Below, piece by piece: positions 1-10,829 of a stretch of DNA of 64,000 nt. The position numbers and the translations under genes were made by a program. The notes under the pieces were generated by a model, which saw nothing but the letters and a program-made list of their open reading frames with translations, ran no database searches and was not told where the DNA came from. The first letter of the stretch is position 1, and each line of letters starts with the position of its first letter. This DNA comes from an uncultured delta proteobacterium (GTDB taxonomy: Bacteria; Desulfobacterota; Binatia; DP-6): positions 1,696,001 to 1,760,000 of the forward strand of contig CAWFFN010000009.1 in assembly GCA_963815115.1 (NCBI GenBank). Direction: 5' to 3'.

Positions 1-1
1 C

Positions 2-460
2 ACCGCCCAGAACCAGCTCGCCGCGTCGGTCAACGCGTACGTCATGCAGGACGAGGCGCGCCACGTCGCCTTCGGGCGCCTCACGCTACGCGACTACTAC
101 CCGCAGCTGACGCAGGCCGAGCGCGACGAGCGCGAGGAGTTCGCCGTCGAGGCGTGCTACCTGATGCGGGACCGCTTCCTCGGCGAGGAGGTCTGGGAGC
201 GGCTGGGGTTCCCGGTCGAGGAGTGCATGGCGTGGGCGAGCGGCTCCGAGCTGATGCTGCAGTTCCGCTCGGCGCTCTTCAGCCGCATCGTGCCGACCAT
301 CAAGGAGATCGGACTGTGGGGGCCCAAGATCCGCCGGGCCTACTCCAACATGGGCATCCTCGGCTTCGCGGACATCGACGCCGCGGCGCTGCAGGCGAAC
401 GACGAAGCGGTGGCGCAGGAGTTCGACGCGCGCCGGGATGCGTCGGCGCGCTCGGCGTGA
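2..460 (+). CDS. Ferritin-like diiron protein (AurF/CmlI-like), 5' end outside the window
   Basis: The frame is open from the window start ([25 protein letters not shown]) and carries a DEARH ExxH diiron motif. Confidence 0.75.
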   Translation, partial: TAQNQLAASVNAYVMQDEARHVAFGRLTLRDYYPQLTQAERDEREEFAVEACYLMRDRFLGEEVWERLGFPVEECMAWASGSELMLQFRSALFSRIVPTIKEIGLWGPKIRRAYSNMGILGFADIDAAALQANDEAVAQEFDARRDASARSA

Positions 461-473
461 GGGAGGAGGGGTG

Positions 474-1350
474 ATGGAGACGCTCCCGTTCGGGCGGACC
501 GGGCACGACAGCAGCCGGGTCGTCTTCGGCGCGGCGGCGCTGGGCTCGATGCGACAGGAGAAGGCCGACCAGATCCTGGAGCTGCTGCTCGAGTACGGCG
601 TCAATCACATCGACACCGCGGCGTCCTACGGCGACTCCGAGCTGCGCGTGGCGCCGTGGCTGGAGCGCCACCGGGACCGCTTCTTCCTGGCCACCAAGAC
701 CGGCGAGCGGACCGCCGAGGGGGCGCGAGCGAGCGTGCAGCGGTCGCTCGAGCGCCTGGGCGTGGAGCGCATCGATCTGATCCAGCTGCACAACCTGGTG
801 AACGAGAGCGAGTGGGAGACGGCGCTCGGTCCGGGCGGAGCGCTCGACGCGCTGATCGAAGCGCGCGAGCGGGGCCAGGTGCGCTTCATCGGGGTCACGG
901 GTCATGGCACGCGCGCGCCCGAGATGCATCGCCGCAGCCTCGAACGCTTCCCCTTCGACTCCGTCCTCGTGCCCTACAACTTCACCATGCTGCGGCACCG
1001 CGGAGTACGCCTCCGACCTGGAAGCGCTCCTCGCGCTCTGCCGCGAGCGCGGGGTCGCGGTGCAGACGATCAAGTCGATCGCGCGCCGCCGCTGGGAGGG
1101 AGAGGGGCAGCGCCGCTTCAGCTGGTACGAGCCGCTCACCGACCCCGGCGCCATCGCCCGTGCCGTGCAGTTCGTGCTCGGCCGGCCCGGACTCTTCCTC
1201 AACTCGTCGAGCGACGCCACGCTGCTGCGTCACGTCCTCGACGCGGCCTCGCATCCCGCGCGCGTCCCGCCGGTCGCCGCGCTCGCCGAGGACGTGTCGC
1301 GCTACGCGATCCAGCCGCTCTTCGTGCGCGGCGTGGCCGAAGGGCTCTGA
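474..1350 (+). CDS. Aldo/keto reductase with one frameshift near 995
   Basis: The N-part ([30 protein letters not shown]) is in ORF 438. The C-part ([11 protein letters not shown]...QTIKSIA...WYEP) is in ORF 904-1350. A GGAGG RBS lies upstream. Confidence 0.8.
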
Positions 1351-1360
1351 GCCAGCCCGC

Positions 1361-3052
1361 CTACTTCCGCAAGACGCGGAGATCCTCGATGTCGCCGACG
1401 ACCTGCGGGTCGAGGCGGCCGAGCGCGGCCGGATCGCCGTTCAGCGCCGCGTCGAAGAAGTTGAGCGCCAGATATTTCACGATGTCGTGCGCGCGGCGCC
1501 AGGGCAGGTGCCGCGGCTCGCAGGCCTCGTCGAAGCCGCCGAGGAACGCCAGCAGATCGCGCGGGACCTCGCAGAAGTCCGAGAAGGTGAAGTGCCCGGC
1601 ATCGGTGAGCTCGGCGAGGGCAACGATCTCGGCGCCGGACGGCAGCGCTTCGAAGGGATGCTCCTGGTTCTCCTCGAACGGCGTGGTCTCGTCGAGCGAT
1701 CCGCCGACCAGCAGCGTCGGGATGTGGATGCTGGTGAAGAAGGCGTCGCCGAAGGGGGCGGCCGGTGCCTGCGGCATGATCGCCTTCACGCGCGGGTCGG
1801 TGAAGGTGCCGGCAGGGCCCGCGCCTCCCGCGAGGGCGAGCGCCGTGTAGCCCCCGAACGAGTGCCCCGAGGCGCCGAGGCGCGCCGGGTCGACGGCATC
1901 GGCGAAGAAGTTGTCCGGCTCGGAGTCGTAGGCGAGAAACTGGTCGAGCACGAAGGACATGTCGAGCGGGCGATTCGCCGCGACGTTCGGATCGACGATG
2001 CCGAGCAGCGTGTCCACGAAGGTGTTGCCGCGGTGGTCCGGGCTCGCGACCACGTAGCCGTGGCTCGCCAGGTGGGCGGCGAAGAAGAACGACTGGATGC
2101 GGATGCCGTTGTTGCCGTGCGAGAAGAGAACCATCGGGAACGGCCCGGGCGCGATGGCGACGTCGCGGTACGACGGGGTGCGCAGGATCGGGACGCCCAG
2201 CACGGTGATCAGGTCGCGCGGCACTCCCGCGATCGCCGCGTCGGTGGATGGGTAGTACACCTCGACCGTCACCGGCCGCGGTCCGCTCCCGGTGACGTCG
2301 AGGCGTGCCGCGTCGAAGAGCGTGAGCGTCTTGACGCCGACGGGGTAGGGTCCGAAGTCGGCCGTCGGGCCGAGATCGTTCGGCGGGTAGACGAGCTGCG
2401 CGAAATGGCGGGCGCGCGTGAACACGCGCTCGATCAGGTCGTCGAGGGAGCCGAGTCCGAGCGCATCGTAGGCCGGGCCGCACCGGCCGAGGATGTGGCG
2501 CCGGACGCCGTCCTCGATGCGGGCGATCCGCTGGTCGCGATGCGCGCGGTCGCACGCGTCGCCCCGGTAGGCGGCGAGGAAGCACCGCGGCCCTTCCAGC
2601 CGGACGGTGGCGCTCCGGAGATGACCGAGCTGGCGCGACACCGCGCGCTGGCAGTCGAGAAAGGCGCCGGAGAGGGAGCTGGGATTGGCCGCGAAGAGGC
2701 CCGCGAGCCAGTCCTCGCCGAAGTCGGAGCAGGCCTCACTGCCGCGCAGCACGACGTCGTCGGCGCTCGTATAGTCGAGCGCCTCGCTCGAGCTGTCGGA
2801 GCAGGCGGCGCGGCTTGGCCGCTCGGGCTTCCCCAGCGCCACCGAGAGCGCGCCGCCGTCGGCACGCGCGGCGGACTCGCATGCCGCGTCGCCGTGCGCC
2901 CGGCAGCGCGCGACGACGTCGTCGAAGCGCTCCAGGCAGCGGGCGTCGGCGTCACCCGAGGCCTGCATGCATGCCGCGGGACCGGCTGCCGCGGCGTACC
3001 CGCCGGCGCTCGCCAGCGCGAGCACGAGGATCCCCAGGTGTCGAACGCGCAT
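1361..3052 (-). CDS. Secreted alpha/beta hydrolase (dienelactone hydrolase/PAF-AH-like) with a Cys-rich N-terminal region
   Basis: Signal peptide, FSHG oxyanion motif, GHSFGG nucleophile elbow, and candidate catalytic D (GSLDETT) and H (AGHFTF). Confidence 0.8.
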   Translation of the reverse strand: MRVRHLGILVLALASAGGYAAAAGPAACMQASGDADARCLERFDDVVARCRAHGDAACESAARADGGALSVALGKPERPSRAACSDSSSEALDYTSADDVVLRGSEACSDFGEDWLAGLFAANPSSLSGAFLDCQRAVSRQLGHLRSATVRLEGPRCFLAAYRGDACDRAHRDQRIARIEDGVRRHILGRCGPAYDALGLGSLDDLIERVFTRARHFAQLVYPPNDLGPTADFGPYPVGVKTLTLFDAARLDVTGSGPRPVTVEVYYPSTDAAIAGVPRDLITVLGVPILRTPSYRDVAIAPGPFPMVLFSHGNNGIRIQSFFFAAHLASHGYVVASPDHRGNTFVDTLLGIVDPNVAANRPLDMSFVLDQFLAYDSEPDNFFADAVDPARLGASGHSFGGYTALALAGGAGPAGTFTDPRVKAIMPQAPAAPFGDAFFTSIHIPTLLVGGSLDETTPFEENQEHPFEALPSGAEIVALAELTDAGHFTFSDFCEVPRDLLAFLGGFDEACEPRHLPWRRAHDIVKYLALNFFDAALNGDPAALGRLDPQVVGDIEDLRVLRK

Positions 3053-3130
3053 CGGTCCCTCCCTCGAGTGGTCGGCTGGGTCGTACCCGAGCGCGCCGCT
3101 TCCTGTCCAATGGAAACGCGACGTGCCGCG

Positions 3131-4315
3131 TCAGCGGGTCGCGCGGCGTGCCAGGACCGCGGCCGCCAGCGCGGTCACCAGGCCGCCCGCCGCCAGCGTG
3201 CGCGGCACGCCGATCCGGTCGCCGATCGTTCCGGCGATGACCCCGCCGAGGGTGGCGAAGCCGAAGAAGATCACCGTCAGCATGCTCATCACGCGCCCGC
3301 GCATGCCGTCGTAGACGTTGACCTGGATGGCCGTGGTCATCGAGGCGATCGTGATCGTCTGGAGGATGCCGAGGGCGAAGAGCAGCGCCGCCATGGACGT
3401 CGGGGTGCGCACGGCGTCGAAGCCGACGACGCAGAGACCGAAGAGGATCGAGCCGACCGGCACGACGCGCGGCGAGTGGCCGCGCGGACCCGCGAGCGCC
3501 AGGGCGAGCCCACCGACGACCGCGCCGGCGCCGACCGCCGCCATGAGCCATCCGAGGCCGGTGGCCTCGAGGCCGAGCACGTCGCGCGCCAGCGCGGGCA
3601 TCATGATGATGTACGGGAAGCCGAACAGGCTCATCACCGCCGCCAGGAACATGGCGGGGCCGATCACCGCGTGGCGGCGCACGTAGCCCAGGCCCTCGCG
3701 CAGCGCGCGCGCCAGGGACGGCTGGGCCACCACCGGCCGCGGCGGAAGGCGGATCCGCCCGATGATGAAGGCGAGGACCAGGAAACCCGACGCGTTCACG
3801 GCGAAGCATCCGGCGGGTCCGATCGCGCCGTAGAGCAGGCCCGCGAGCGCGGGTCCGACGGCGCGCGCCAGGTTGAACTGCACCGAGTTGAGCGAGATCG
3901 CCTCGAGGAGGTCGCCCTCCTCCACCAGGCTCGGGATCGAGGAGTGCATGGCGGGCGTGTAGACGGCGTTCGCCGTGCCGGTCACCACGGCGAGGCCGAT
4001 GACGCGCCAGATGGTCACCAGGTCCAACGCCGCCATGGTCGCGAGCGCCATGGCGCTCGCGGCGAGTGCGAGGAGGCTCGCGATCATGATCGCGCGCCGG
4101 CTCGCGCGGTCGGCCATGGCCCCGCCGAGGAGTCCGAGGGCGAAGGTCGGCGCGTTGCCGACGAAGCTCACGGTGCCGAGCCAGGACGCCTTGCGGGTGA
4201 GGGCATAGACGAGCCAGCCGAGCGCGATCGTCTGGATCCAGAGACCCAGGTTCGCGACCAGCGAGCCCGCCCAGAAGATGCGGTAGTCGCGGGAGCGGCG
4301 GAGGACACCGAGCAC
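3131..4315 (-). CDS. MFS transporter (MFS_3/DHA3-like)
   Basis: About 12 hydrophobic segments with GAMADRASRR and GRVMS motifs. Confidence 0.85.
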   Translation of the reverse strand: MLGVLRRSRDYRIFWAGSLVANLGLWIQTIALGWLVYALTRKASWLGTVSFVGNAPTFALGLLGGAMADRASRRAIMIASLLALAASAMALATMAALDLVTIWRVIGLAVVTGTANAVYTPAMHSSIPSLVEEGDLLEAISLNSVQFNLARAVGPALAGLLYGAIGPAGCFAVNASGFLVLAFIIGRIRLPPRPVVAQPSLARALREGLGYVRRHAVIGPAMFLAAVMSLFGFPYIIMMPALARDVLGLEATGLGWLMAAVGAGAVVGGLALALAGPRGHSPRVVPVGSILFGLCVVGFDAVRTPTSMAALLFALGILQTITIASMTTAIQVNVYDGMRGRVMSMLTVIFFGFATLGGVIAGTIGDRIGVPRTLAAGGLVTALAAAVLARRATR

Positions 4316-4404
4316 GGGAGGCGGAGGTTCACCACGCCGGAGCCCGCGGGGTCAAACGGGTGCGCCCCTTCGTCGAGCCGGCGGCTTCGGATACAAGCGC
4401 GCCC

Positions 4405-6510
4405 ATGCGGGTCTGGCCAGGTGCGCCACATCCCCTCGGCGCCACGTGGGACGGGGAGGGGGTCAACTTCGCGCTTTTCTCGGAGAACGCGACGGCGGTC
4501 GACCTGTGCCTGTACGCCGAGCCGGGAGACGCGCGCGAGACGCACCGCATCCCGCTGCGCGAGCGCGACGGCCTCGTGTGGCACGTCTATCTTCCCGATC
4601 TCCGCCCCGGCCAGCTCTATGGCTATCGCGTGCACGGCCCCTGGGCGCCCGAGCTCGGGCACCGCTTCAATCCGGCGAAGCTGCTCATCGATCCCTATGC
4701 CCGCGCGCTGAGCGGCCCCATCCAGTGGAGCGACGCGCTGCTCGGCCACGACGCCACCGACCCGCACGCGGACCTGGTCCCGGACCGGGCCGACAGCGCG
4801 GGCGCCGTGCCGAAGTGCATCGTGGCGGAGCCCACCTTCAGCTGGCGAGACGACCGCGCCCCGAGGACGCCGTGGAGCCGCACGGTGGTCTACGAGTGCC
4901 ACGTCGAGGGTCTCACCAAGCGGCACCCGGACATCCCCGAGGCGCTGCGCGGTACCTACCTCGGGCTCAGCATGGAGCCGATCCTCGAGCACCTGGTCGC
5001 GCTCGGCGTCACCGCCGTGGAGCTGATGCCGGTCCATCACGCCGTGACCGAACGGGCCCTCGCCGACCGCGGCCTCGACAACTACTGGGGCTACAACTCG
5101 ATCGCCTTCTTCGCGCCCGACCTGCGTTACGCCACGGGCCGACCGGGGAGCCAGGTCGCCGAGTTCAAGACCATGGTGAAGCGCCTGCACGGCGCGGGCA
5201 TCGAGGTGATCCTCGACGTGGTGTACAACCACACCGCCGAGGGGAACCACCTCGGCCCGACGCTCTCGCTGCGCGGCATCGACAACGTCGCCTACTACCG
5301 CCTCGTTCCCGAGGACCGCCGCCACTACGTCGACTTCACCGGGTGCGGCAACAGCCTCAACATGCTGCATCCGCGGACCATCCAGCTCATCATGGACAGC
5401 CTGCGCTACTGGGTGCTCGAGATGCACGTCGACGGCTTCCGTTTCGACCTCGCACCCGCGCTGGCCCGCGAGCTGTATGAGGTGAACCAGCTGGGCACCT
5501 TCTTCGACATCATCGCGCAGGACCCGGTGCTGTCGCAGGCGAAGCTCATCGCCGAGCCCTGGGACCTCGGCCCCGGCGGCTACCAGGTCGGCAACTTCCC
5601 GATCGGCTGGACGGAGTGGAACGGCAAGTACCGCGACACCGTCCGGCGCTTCTGGCGCGGCGACGACGGGCAGCTCGCCGAGCTCGGCTACCGCCTCACC
5701 GGGAGCAGCGATCTCTACGGGGCGACGTCACGCAGCCCGTACGCCAGCATCAACTTCGTCACCTGCCACGACGGCTTCACCCTGCGCGACCTGGTGAGCT
5801 ACGAGCACAAGCACAACGAAGCCAACGGGGAGGACAACCACGACGGCAGCGACGCCAACTGGAGCCACAACTGGGGCGTCGAGGGCGAGACCGAACGCGC
5901 GGAGGTGCAGCGCCTGCGCCAGCGCGCCGCGCGCAACCTGCTCGCGACCCTGGCCTTCTCGCAGGGCGTGCCCATGCTCAGCCACGGCGACGAGATCGGC
6001 CGCACGCAGCGCGGCAACAACAACGCCTACTGCCAGAACAACGAGATCAGCTGGGTACGGTGGCCGCCCGATGGCCCCGCCGAGGAGCTCCTCGCCTTCA
6101 CCCGTGAGGTGTTCGCGATCCGGCGCCGGCATCCGGTGCTCCGCCGGCGGAGCTTCTTCCGCGGCGCGCCGGTCTCGGGCGACGGCACCAAGGACGTCAC
6201 CTGGCTACGCCCCGACGGCGTCGAGATGACGGCCGAGGACTGGAGCCTGCCCGAGGCGCGCGTCCTCGGCATGCTGATCCACGGCGAGGCGAGCGACGAG
6301 ATCGACGACAAGGGGCGTCCCGTCGCCGGTGAGACCTTGCTGCTCCTGCTCAACGCGAGCCCCGGGCACTGTGCCTTCACCCTGCCTCGCCCGGGTGCGT
6401 GGCAGGAGGTCGTGCACACGGCGCACCCCGGCCGCCATGCGCGGGCGGCGAGGGCGTGCGAGCTGCCGCGCTGGTCGCTGGCGCTGCTGCGTCTCGGGGC
6501 GCTCACCTAG
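4405..6510 (+). CDS. glgX: Glycogen debranching enzyme GlgX (GH13)
   Basis: PLGATWDGEGVNFALFS, NYWGYN, DVVYNH, VDGFRFDLA, IAEPWD and INFVTCHDGFTL motifs. Alternative start at 4360. Confidence 0.95.
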   Translation: MRVWPGAPHPLGATWDGEGVNFALFSENATAVDLCLYAEPGDARETHRIPLRERDGLVWHVYLPDLRPGQLYGYRVHGPWAPELGHRFNPAKLLIDPYARALSGPIQWSDALLGHDATDPHADLVPDRADSAGAVPKCIVAEPTFSWRDDRAPRTPWSRTVVYECHVEGLTKRHPDIPEALRGTYLGLSMEPILEHLVALGVTAVELMPVHHAVTERALADRGLDNYWGYNSIAFFAPDLRYATGRPGSQVAEFKTMVKRLHGAGIEVILDVVYNHTAEGNHLGPTLSLRGIDNVAYYRLVPEDRRHYVDFTGCGNSLNMLHPRTIQLIMDSLRYWVLEMHVDGFRFDLAPALARELYEVNQLGTFFDIIAQDPVLSQAKLIAEPWDLGPGGYQVGNFPIGWTEWNGKYRDTVRRFWRGDDGQLAELGYRLTGSSDLYGATSRSPYASINFVTCHDGFTLRDLVSYEHKHNEANGEDNHDGSDANWSHNWGVEGETERAEVQRLRQRAARNLLATLAFSQGVPMLSHGDEIGRTQRGNNNAYCQNNEISWVRWPPDGPAEELLAFTREVFAIRRRHPVLRRRSFFRGAPVSGDGTKDVTWLRPDGVEMTAEDWSLPEARVLGMLIHGEASDEIDDKGRPVAGETLLLLLNASPGHCAFTLPRPGAWQEVVHTAHPGRHARAARACELPRWSLALLRLGALT

Positions 6511-6567
6511 CCCCGCCGCGCGCGCCGTGGGGATCGCTTCGGTTGAGCCTGGCGACCCCGGCGCGCT

Positions 6568-7509
6568 ATGGAAGGCGGGATGGGGGATCTGCTCGCCGGC
6601 TGCGTCGCCGTGGTCACGGGCGCGGGACGCGGCATCGGTCGCGGTGTCGCGCTCGCGCTCGCGGCGGCCGGCGCCAGGGTGGTGGTCAACGACTTCGGCG
6701 TCGCCGTCGACGGCAGCACGCCGTCCTCGGGGCCGGCCTTCGACGTCGTCAAGGAGATCGAGGCCGCGGGCGGTGAAGCCGTCGCCAGCGGGGAGTCGGT
6801 TGCCGAGTTTGCGAGCGCCGGGCGCATCGTCGGCACGGCGCTCGAGCGCTTCGGCCAGCTCGACATCCTCGTCACCTGCGCCGGCATCCTTCGCGACCGC
6901 ATGATCTTCAACATGAGCGAGGAGGAGTGGGACGCGGTGCTCGGGGTGCATCTGAAGGGCACGTTCAACTGCGTGCGCCACGCCTGCACCCACATGCGCG
7001 AGCGGCGCTCCGGACGCATCATCACCTTCAGCTCCGGCTCGGGTCTGTTCGGCAACCCGGGGCAGGCCAACTACGGCGCCGCCAAGGCCGGCATCAGCGG
7101 TCTCACCAAGGTCGCGGCGCGCGACCTGGGCCGCTACGGCATCACGGTCAACGCCATCTGCCCGGTCGCCGGCACCCGCATGACCGTCACCGACGCGTAT
7201 CTGCGCGCCCGCGAGCTGCGCAAGCAGCAGGGCATCCAGCGCGAGGATCGCGGCACGGGGGAGATCGAGCACCTGGATCCCGACGACGTCGCCCCCATGG
7301 TGGTCTACCTGGCGAGCGCCTACGCGGCGAACGTGAACGGCCAGTTCTTCCTGTGCTACGGCGGCGCCGTCGCGCTCGTGTCGCAGCCCCGCCCGGTGCA
7401 GACGCTGTTCAAGCAGGGCGTGTGGACGCTCGACGACCTCGACCGGCTGGCACCCTCGACGGTGCTCCAGGGCGTCGGCAACCCGGCGCCGCCGAAGGAG
7501 CGTGACTGA
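6568..7509 (+). CDS. SDR oxidoreductase (3-hydroxyacyl-CoA dehydrogenase/MFE-2-like)
   Basis: TGAGRGIG, AGILRD and GQANYGAAK motifs. The start may be 6580. Confidence 0.9.
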   Translation: MEGGMGDLLAGCVAVVTGAGRGIGRGVALALAAAGARVVVNDFGVAVDGSTPSSGPAFDVVKEIEAAGGEAVASGESVAEFASAGRIVGTALERFGQLDILVTCAGILRDRMIFNMSEEEWDAVLGVHLKGTFNCVRHACTHMRERRSGRIITFSSGSGLFGNPGQANYGAAKAGISGLTKVAARDLGRYGITVNAICPVAGTRMTVTDAYLRARELRKQQGIQREDRGTGEIEHLDPDDVAPMVVYLASAYAANVNGQFFLCYGGAVALVSQPRPVQTLFKQGVWTLDDLDRLAPSTVLQGVGNPAPPKERD

Positions 7510-8435
7510 TGGGTCAGCGACTGAAGGGACGCGCGGCGGTCGTCACCGGCGCCGGACGTGGCATCGGCCGGGCGATCGCCGAGCTGCTCGCGGCCGAGGG
7601 CGCCGCGGTGGTGGTGAACGACCTGGGCGGCAACGTCGACGGCACCGGCGCCGCGGCCACGGTCGCCGACGAGGTGGTGGCGGCCATCCGGGCCCGGGGC
7701 GGGACGGCGGTCGCCAACCACGACAGCGTCGCCGACTTCCGGGCCGCCGAGGCGATCGTCGACACCGCGGTCCGCGAGTTCGGTGCGATCGACGTCCTGG
7801 TGAACAACGCGGGCATCCTGCGCGACCGCATGCTGTTCAACATGAGCGAGGAGGACTGGGACGCCGTCATCGCGGTCCACTTGAAGGGCAGCTTCAACTG
7901 CATGCGGCACGCCGCGGTGCGCATGCGCGAACAGCGGCGAGGGCGGATCGTGTCGATGTCGTCCACCTCGGGCGTGTTCGGCAACTCGGGGCAGGCCAAC
8001 TACGGCGCTGCCAAGGACGGCATCGCGGGGCTGACGCGCGTCGCGGCGCGCGACCTCGGCAAGTACGGCATCACGGTCAACGCGGTGTGCCCGGGTGCCA
8101 GCACCCGCATGACGCAGACCGTACCCGACAGCGCGCGCGCCGCGCGGCAGAAACGTGGCATCGAGGGGCCGGGCGGCCAGCGCACCTTCCCGCTCGAGCA
8201 CACCGGTCCCGAGAACGTGGCGCCGTGGGTGGTCTATCTCGCCACCGACGCCGCCGCCCAGGTGAACGGCGAGGTGTTCTTCGTGATGGGCGGGCTGATC
8301 GCGCTGCTCAACTACCCGGCGCCGGTACGGACGATGCAGAAGGACGGGCGCTGGACGCCCGAGGAGATCGTGACGCTCTTCCCGCGCACGCTCGGGCTCG
8401 ATCTGGTGAACCCGGCGCCGCCGCGGGACGCCTAG
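7509..8435 (+). CDS. SDR oxidoreductase, tandem paralogue of the upstream gene
   Basis: TGAGRGIG, NNAGILRD and GQANYGAAK motifs, with TGATG translational coupling. Confidence 0.9.
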   Translation: MGQRLKGRAAVVTGAGRGIGRAIAELLAAEGAAVVVNDLGGNVDGTGAAATVADEVVAAIRARGGTAVANHDSVADFRAAEAIVDTAVREFGAIDVLVNNAGILRDRMLFNMSEEDWDAVIAVHLKGSFNCMRHAAVRMREQRRGRIVSMSSTSGVFGNSGQANYGAAKDGIAGLTRVAARDLGKYGITVNAVCPGASTRMTQTVPDSARAARQKRGIEGPGGQRTFPLEHTGPENVAPWVVYLATDAAAQVNGEVFFVMGGLIALLNYPAPVRTMQKDGRWTPEEIVTLFPRTLGLDLVNPAPPRDA

Positions 8436-8442
8436 ACCGGGC

Positions 8443-8718
8443 TCACGACGGCAGGGGTTCGGACTTCTTCACCGGACCCGGCGCGGCTCCCGCCTCCTCC
8501 TCCTGGTTGGCCTCCATCAGGGCGCGCAGGATGCGCTCCATGACGGTGATCTCGGTGTTCATGCTCATCAGGCTGTCCAGGGTGCCCGCCCAGTGCTCGT
8601 CCGGCGCGCTGTTGCCGTTCGACAGCACGGCAAGATGCTTCGCGGTGGTGAGCACGGCGTCGGACGCCAGCTTCAGGTGAACGGCCAGCTCGGTGAAGGT
8701 CTCGCGATCGATGATCAT
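8443..8718 (-). CDS. Small hypothetical helical protein (91 aa)
   Basis: MIIDRETFTELAVHLKLASDAV... with GC3-biased codons and an AGGAG upstream. Confidence 0.65.
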   Translation of the reverse strand: MIIDRETFTELAVHLKLASDAVLTTAKHLAVLSNGNSAPDEHWAGTLDSLMSMNTEITVMERILRALMEANQEEEAGAAPGPVKKSEPLPS

Positions 8719-9009
8719 GCGCCTCGTGGCTCCTGGGCTACGCGGTAGCGAAACCGGTGCCATTGCTCGCGGCCCCACCTCCTCCCGGGGGTGAAGCGCC
8801 GAGCGCCCGGCAGGGTTCCCCGGCAAGTGCCCAGGATAGCGGCCGTTCGCTCGCTTTCTCGGGATCTTGGCGCCATCCGTGCGGCCGGAGCGGATCACGG
8901 CGGCACGAGATGCGGGCGCCGCGCGATGTGTCATTTGCGGATGGAGTGGGTCCTTTTTGCCTTTGCGGGGCCGTGCATCCGCGCCGACTCGACGCAGGCG
9001 CGCAATCCG

Positions 9010-9465
9010 TCAGATCGCAGAGCGCATGGCGTCGGCTGCGCGCCACGCGATGACGCGCGCCGGCTCGATCCGCACCACCGGGTGCGCCGCTGTATCGTCC
9101 AGCGCCATCTCCCGGTACTGCGGATAGCGGGTGCGCAGCAGCCCGAGCGCAGAGGCGTGCTCGCTCGCCTCGGTCAGCTCCCGGGCCGGCCCCCGGACGA
9201 GCACCCAGGCCAGCCGCGTCCAGTCCTCGTCGTAGTCGTCCACCACCACGGCCGCGCGCGGGTTCGCGCGCAGGTTGCGCAGGCGCAGCAGATCGCGGGC
9301 CCTGCCGCGCTTGGGCTTCGCGTCCGCGACGAAATAGAGCGCCGTGTCGTCGAGCGCGTAGCACACCGGGATGACGTGCGGCACGCCATCCGCGCCCGCG
9401 GTAGCGAGGTGAGCGACGCGGTGCGCTTCAAGGAAGCGCCGCGTCTCGGCCGTCCAGGTCCCCAT
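9010..9465 (-). CDS. PPOX-class putative F420-dependent oxidoreductase (Rv0121-like)
   Basis: VAHLAT...PHVIPVCYA...DAKPKR...LRNLRANP...VDDYDEDWTRLAWV. Confidence 0.85.
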   Translation of the reverse strand: MGTWTAETRRFLEAHRVAHLATAGADGVPHVIPVCYALDDTALYFVADAKPKRGRARDLLRLRNLRANPRAAVVVDDYDEDWTRLAWVLVRGPARELTEASEHASALGLLRTRYPQYREMALDDTAAHPVVRIEPARVIAWRAADAMRSAI

Positions 9466-10462
9466 AGCGCACCTCGCGGCCCGCGAACTCGGCCTGCGCT
9501 TCCGCGACCAGCTCGCCGTAGCGCCCCTCGTACCGGGGCGAGAAGTGAAACACCTGCAACCGTCCCACCCGGGCTGCCCGGGCGAGCGCCCCGGCCTGGC
9601 GCGCGGTCAGGTGATAGCGCTTGCTCGCCTGCTCGAGATCGGAGTCGAGGAAGGGCGACTCGCAGAAGAATACGTCGGCACCCCGGGCCAGCCGTACGAT
9701 GCGAGCGGCATTGGCCGGGGAGAAGAGCACGTCGACCACGTAGGCGATCTTCTGCCCCGGCGTCATCAGGAGGAGCTCGTCGCGGAGCGCGCCGAGCGGT
9801 CGGGCGTCGCCGGGCGCAATCGCGATGGGCGTCTCGGGTGCGGCGCCGGCCCGAACCGCCGCCTTGAGCGCGTTCAGCCATGGGCCGGGACGGAGCCCGG
9901 CAGCAGCCAGCGCCTCGGGGCGGACGTTCAGGTGGCTGCGCTCGCTGACCGCGTAGCCCATCGACACGATCTTGTGGTCGAGCGGCGCCGCCTCGACGGT
10001 GAGCACGGCATCCTGGTGGCACACCCCCGTGAACGGCGTGCTCCCGAGCCGCTCGCGGGCGAAACGGCGGCACGCGGCGAACCGCCAGGTGTGCATCTCC
10101 GCGGCGTCGATCTCGATCACGTCGAGGGTGAAGGCGTACTCGTCGGTGAGGTTCCAGGTGTAGCCGGCGAGCTTTCCCTGCACGCAGTCGGCGATGCCCA
10201 CGGGGCCGAACAGGCGCAGCGTCCCCTCGCGCGCGAGGAAGAGGCGAAGCAGCTGGTCGAACCCCATGAAGTGGTCCATGTGGGCGTGCGACACGAACAC
10301 CGCCTCGATCGGCAGCAGGACGCCACCGGGCGTTCGATCGATACGTCCGAGGTCGATCAGGACGGCGCGCCCCTGCCAGCGCAGGGCCACGAGCAGCGCC
10401 GGATCGCCGGTCTGTCCGTTCAGCAGGCGCGGGCGGAGCGAGGATTTCGTCACGGTGGTCAT
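9428..10462 (-). CDS. Ribonuclease Z-like metallo-beta-lactamase fold hydrolase
   Basis: NGQTGDP, SHAHMDHF (HxHxDH), PGQKIAYVVD, HLTARQAG and HFSPRY motifs. Confidence 0.85.
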   Translation of the reverse strand: MTTVTKSSLRPRLLNGQTGDPALLVALRWQGRAVLIDLGRIDRTPGGVLLPIEAVFVSHAHMDHFMGFDQLLRLFLAREGTLRLFGPVGIADCVQGKLAGYTWNLTDEYAFTLDVIEIDAAEMHTWRFAACRRFARERLGSTPFTGVCHQDAVLTVEAAPLDHKIVSMGYAVSERSHLNVRPEALAAAGLRPGPWLNALKAAVRAGAAPETPIAIAPGDARPLGALRDELLLMTPGQKIAYVVDVLFSPANAARIVRLARGADVFFCESPFLDSDLEQASKRYHLTARQAGALARAARVGRLQVFHFSPRYEGRYGELVAEAQAEFAGREVRYGDLDGRDAALP

Positions 10463-10580
10463 TGTAGGGAGGGCCATCACGGGGTTCCACCCCGGGTGGA
10501 GCGTCTCGCAGTGGTCACTCGCGACGGATTCGCGCTATAGGCGCGCGGTGCGCGACCAGACGGGACGGGGCCCCGTGCGC

Positions 10581-10820
10581 TCAGCCCTGCATCACCTGCA
10601 GGACCTCGCTCATCGCCTCCGTCATCATCTCCTGCATGATCTCGCGCAGCGCCTTGTCGTTCGTCTCGAGCTTCGCCACCAGCTTCGACAGCACCGAGAA
10701 GTACGTCTCCTTCACCTCGGGGCTCATGGCACCGAGACGGCCGTCCATCGCCTTCACGAATCGCCGATGGGCGGCGACGATCAGGCGGTCGACGTCCTTC
10801 CCGAGCGGGTCCTGGCTCAT
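10581..10820 (-). CDS. Small hypothetical helical protein (79 aa)
   Basis: MSQDPLGKDVDRLIVAAHRRFVKAM...; protein-like composition and its own promoter. Confidence 0.7.
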   Translation of the reverse strand: MSQDPLGKDVDRLIVAAHRRFVKAMDGRLGAMSPEVKETYFSVLSKLVAKLETNDKALREIMQEMMTEAMSEVLQVMQG

Positions 10821-10829
10821 GGGGCCGCG

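Noticed and set aside
656-4711. 1351-aa ORF and other long ORFs such as 37561-41286, 26584-29373 and 14884-17262.
   Set aside because: These are antisense or off-frame shadows of clear genes, as expected in high-GC DNA with few stop codons.
9428-9465. 38-nt overlap between the RNase Z-like and PPOX genes.
   Set aside because: This is an ordinary short operon overlap with a low-complexity tail.
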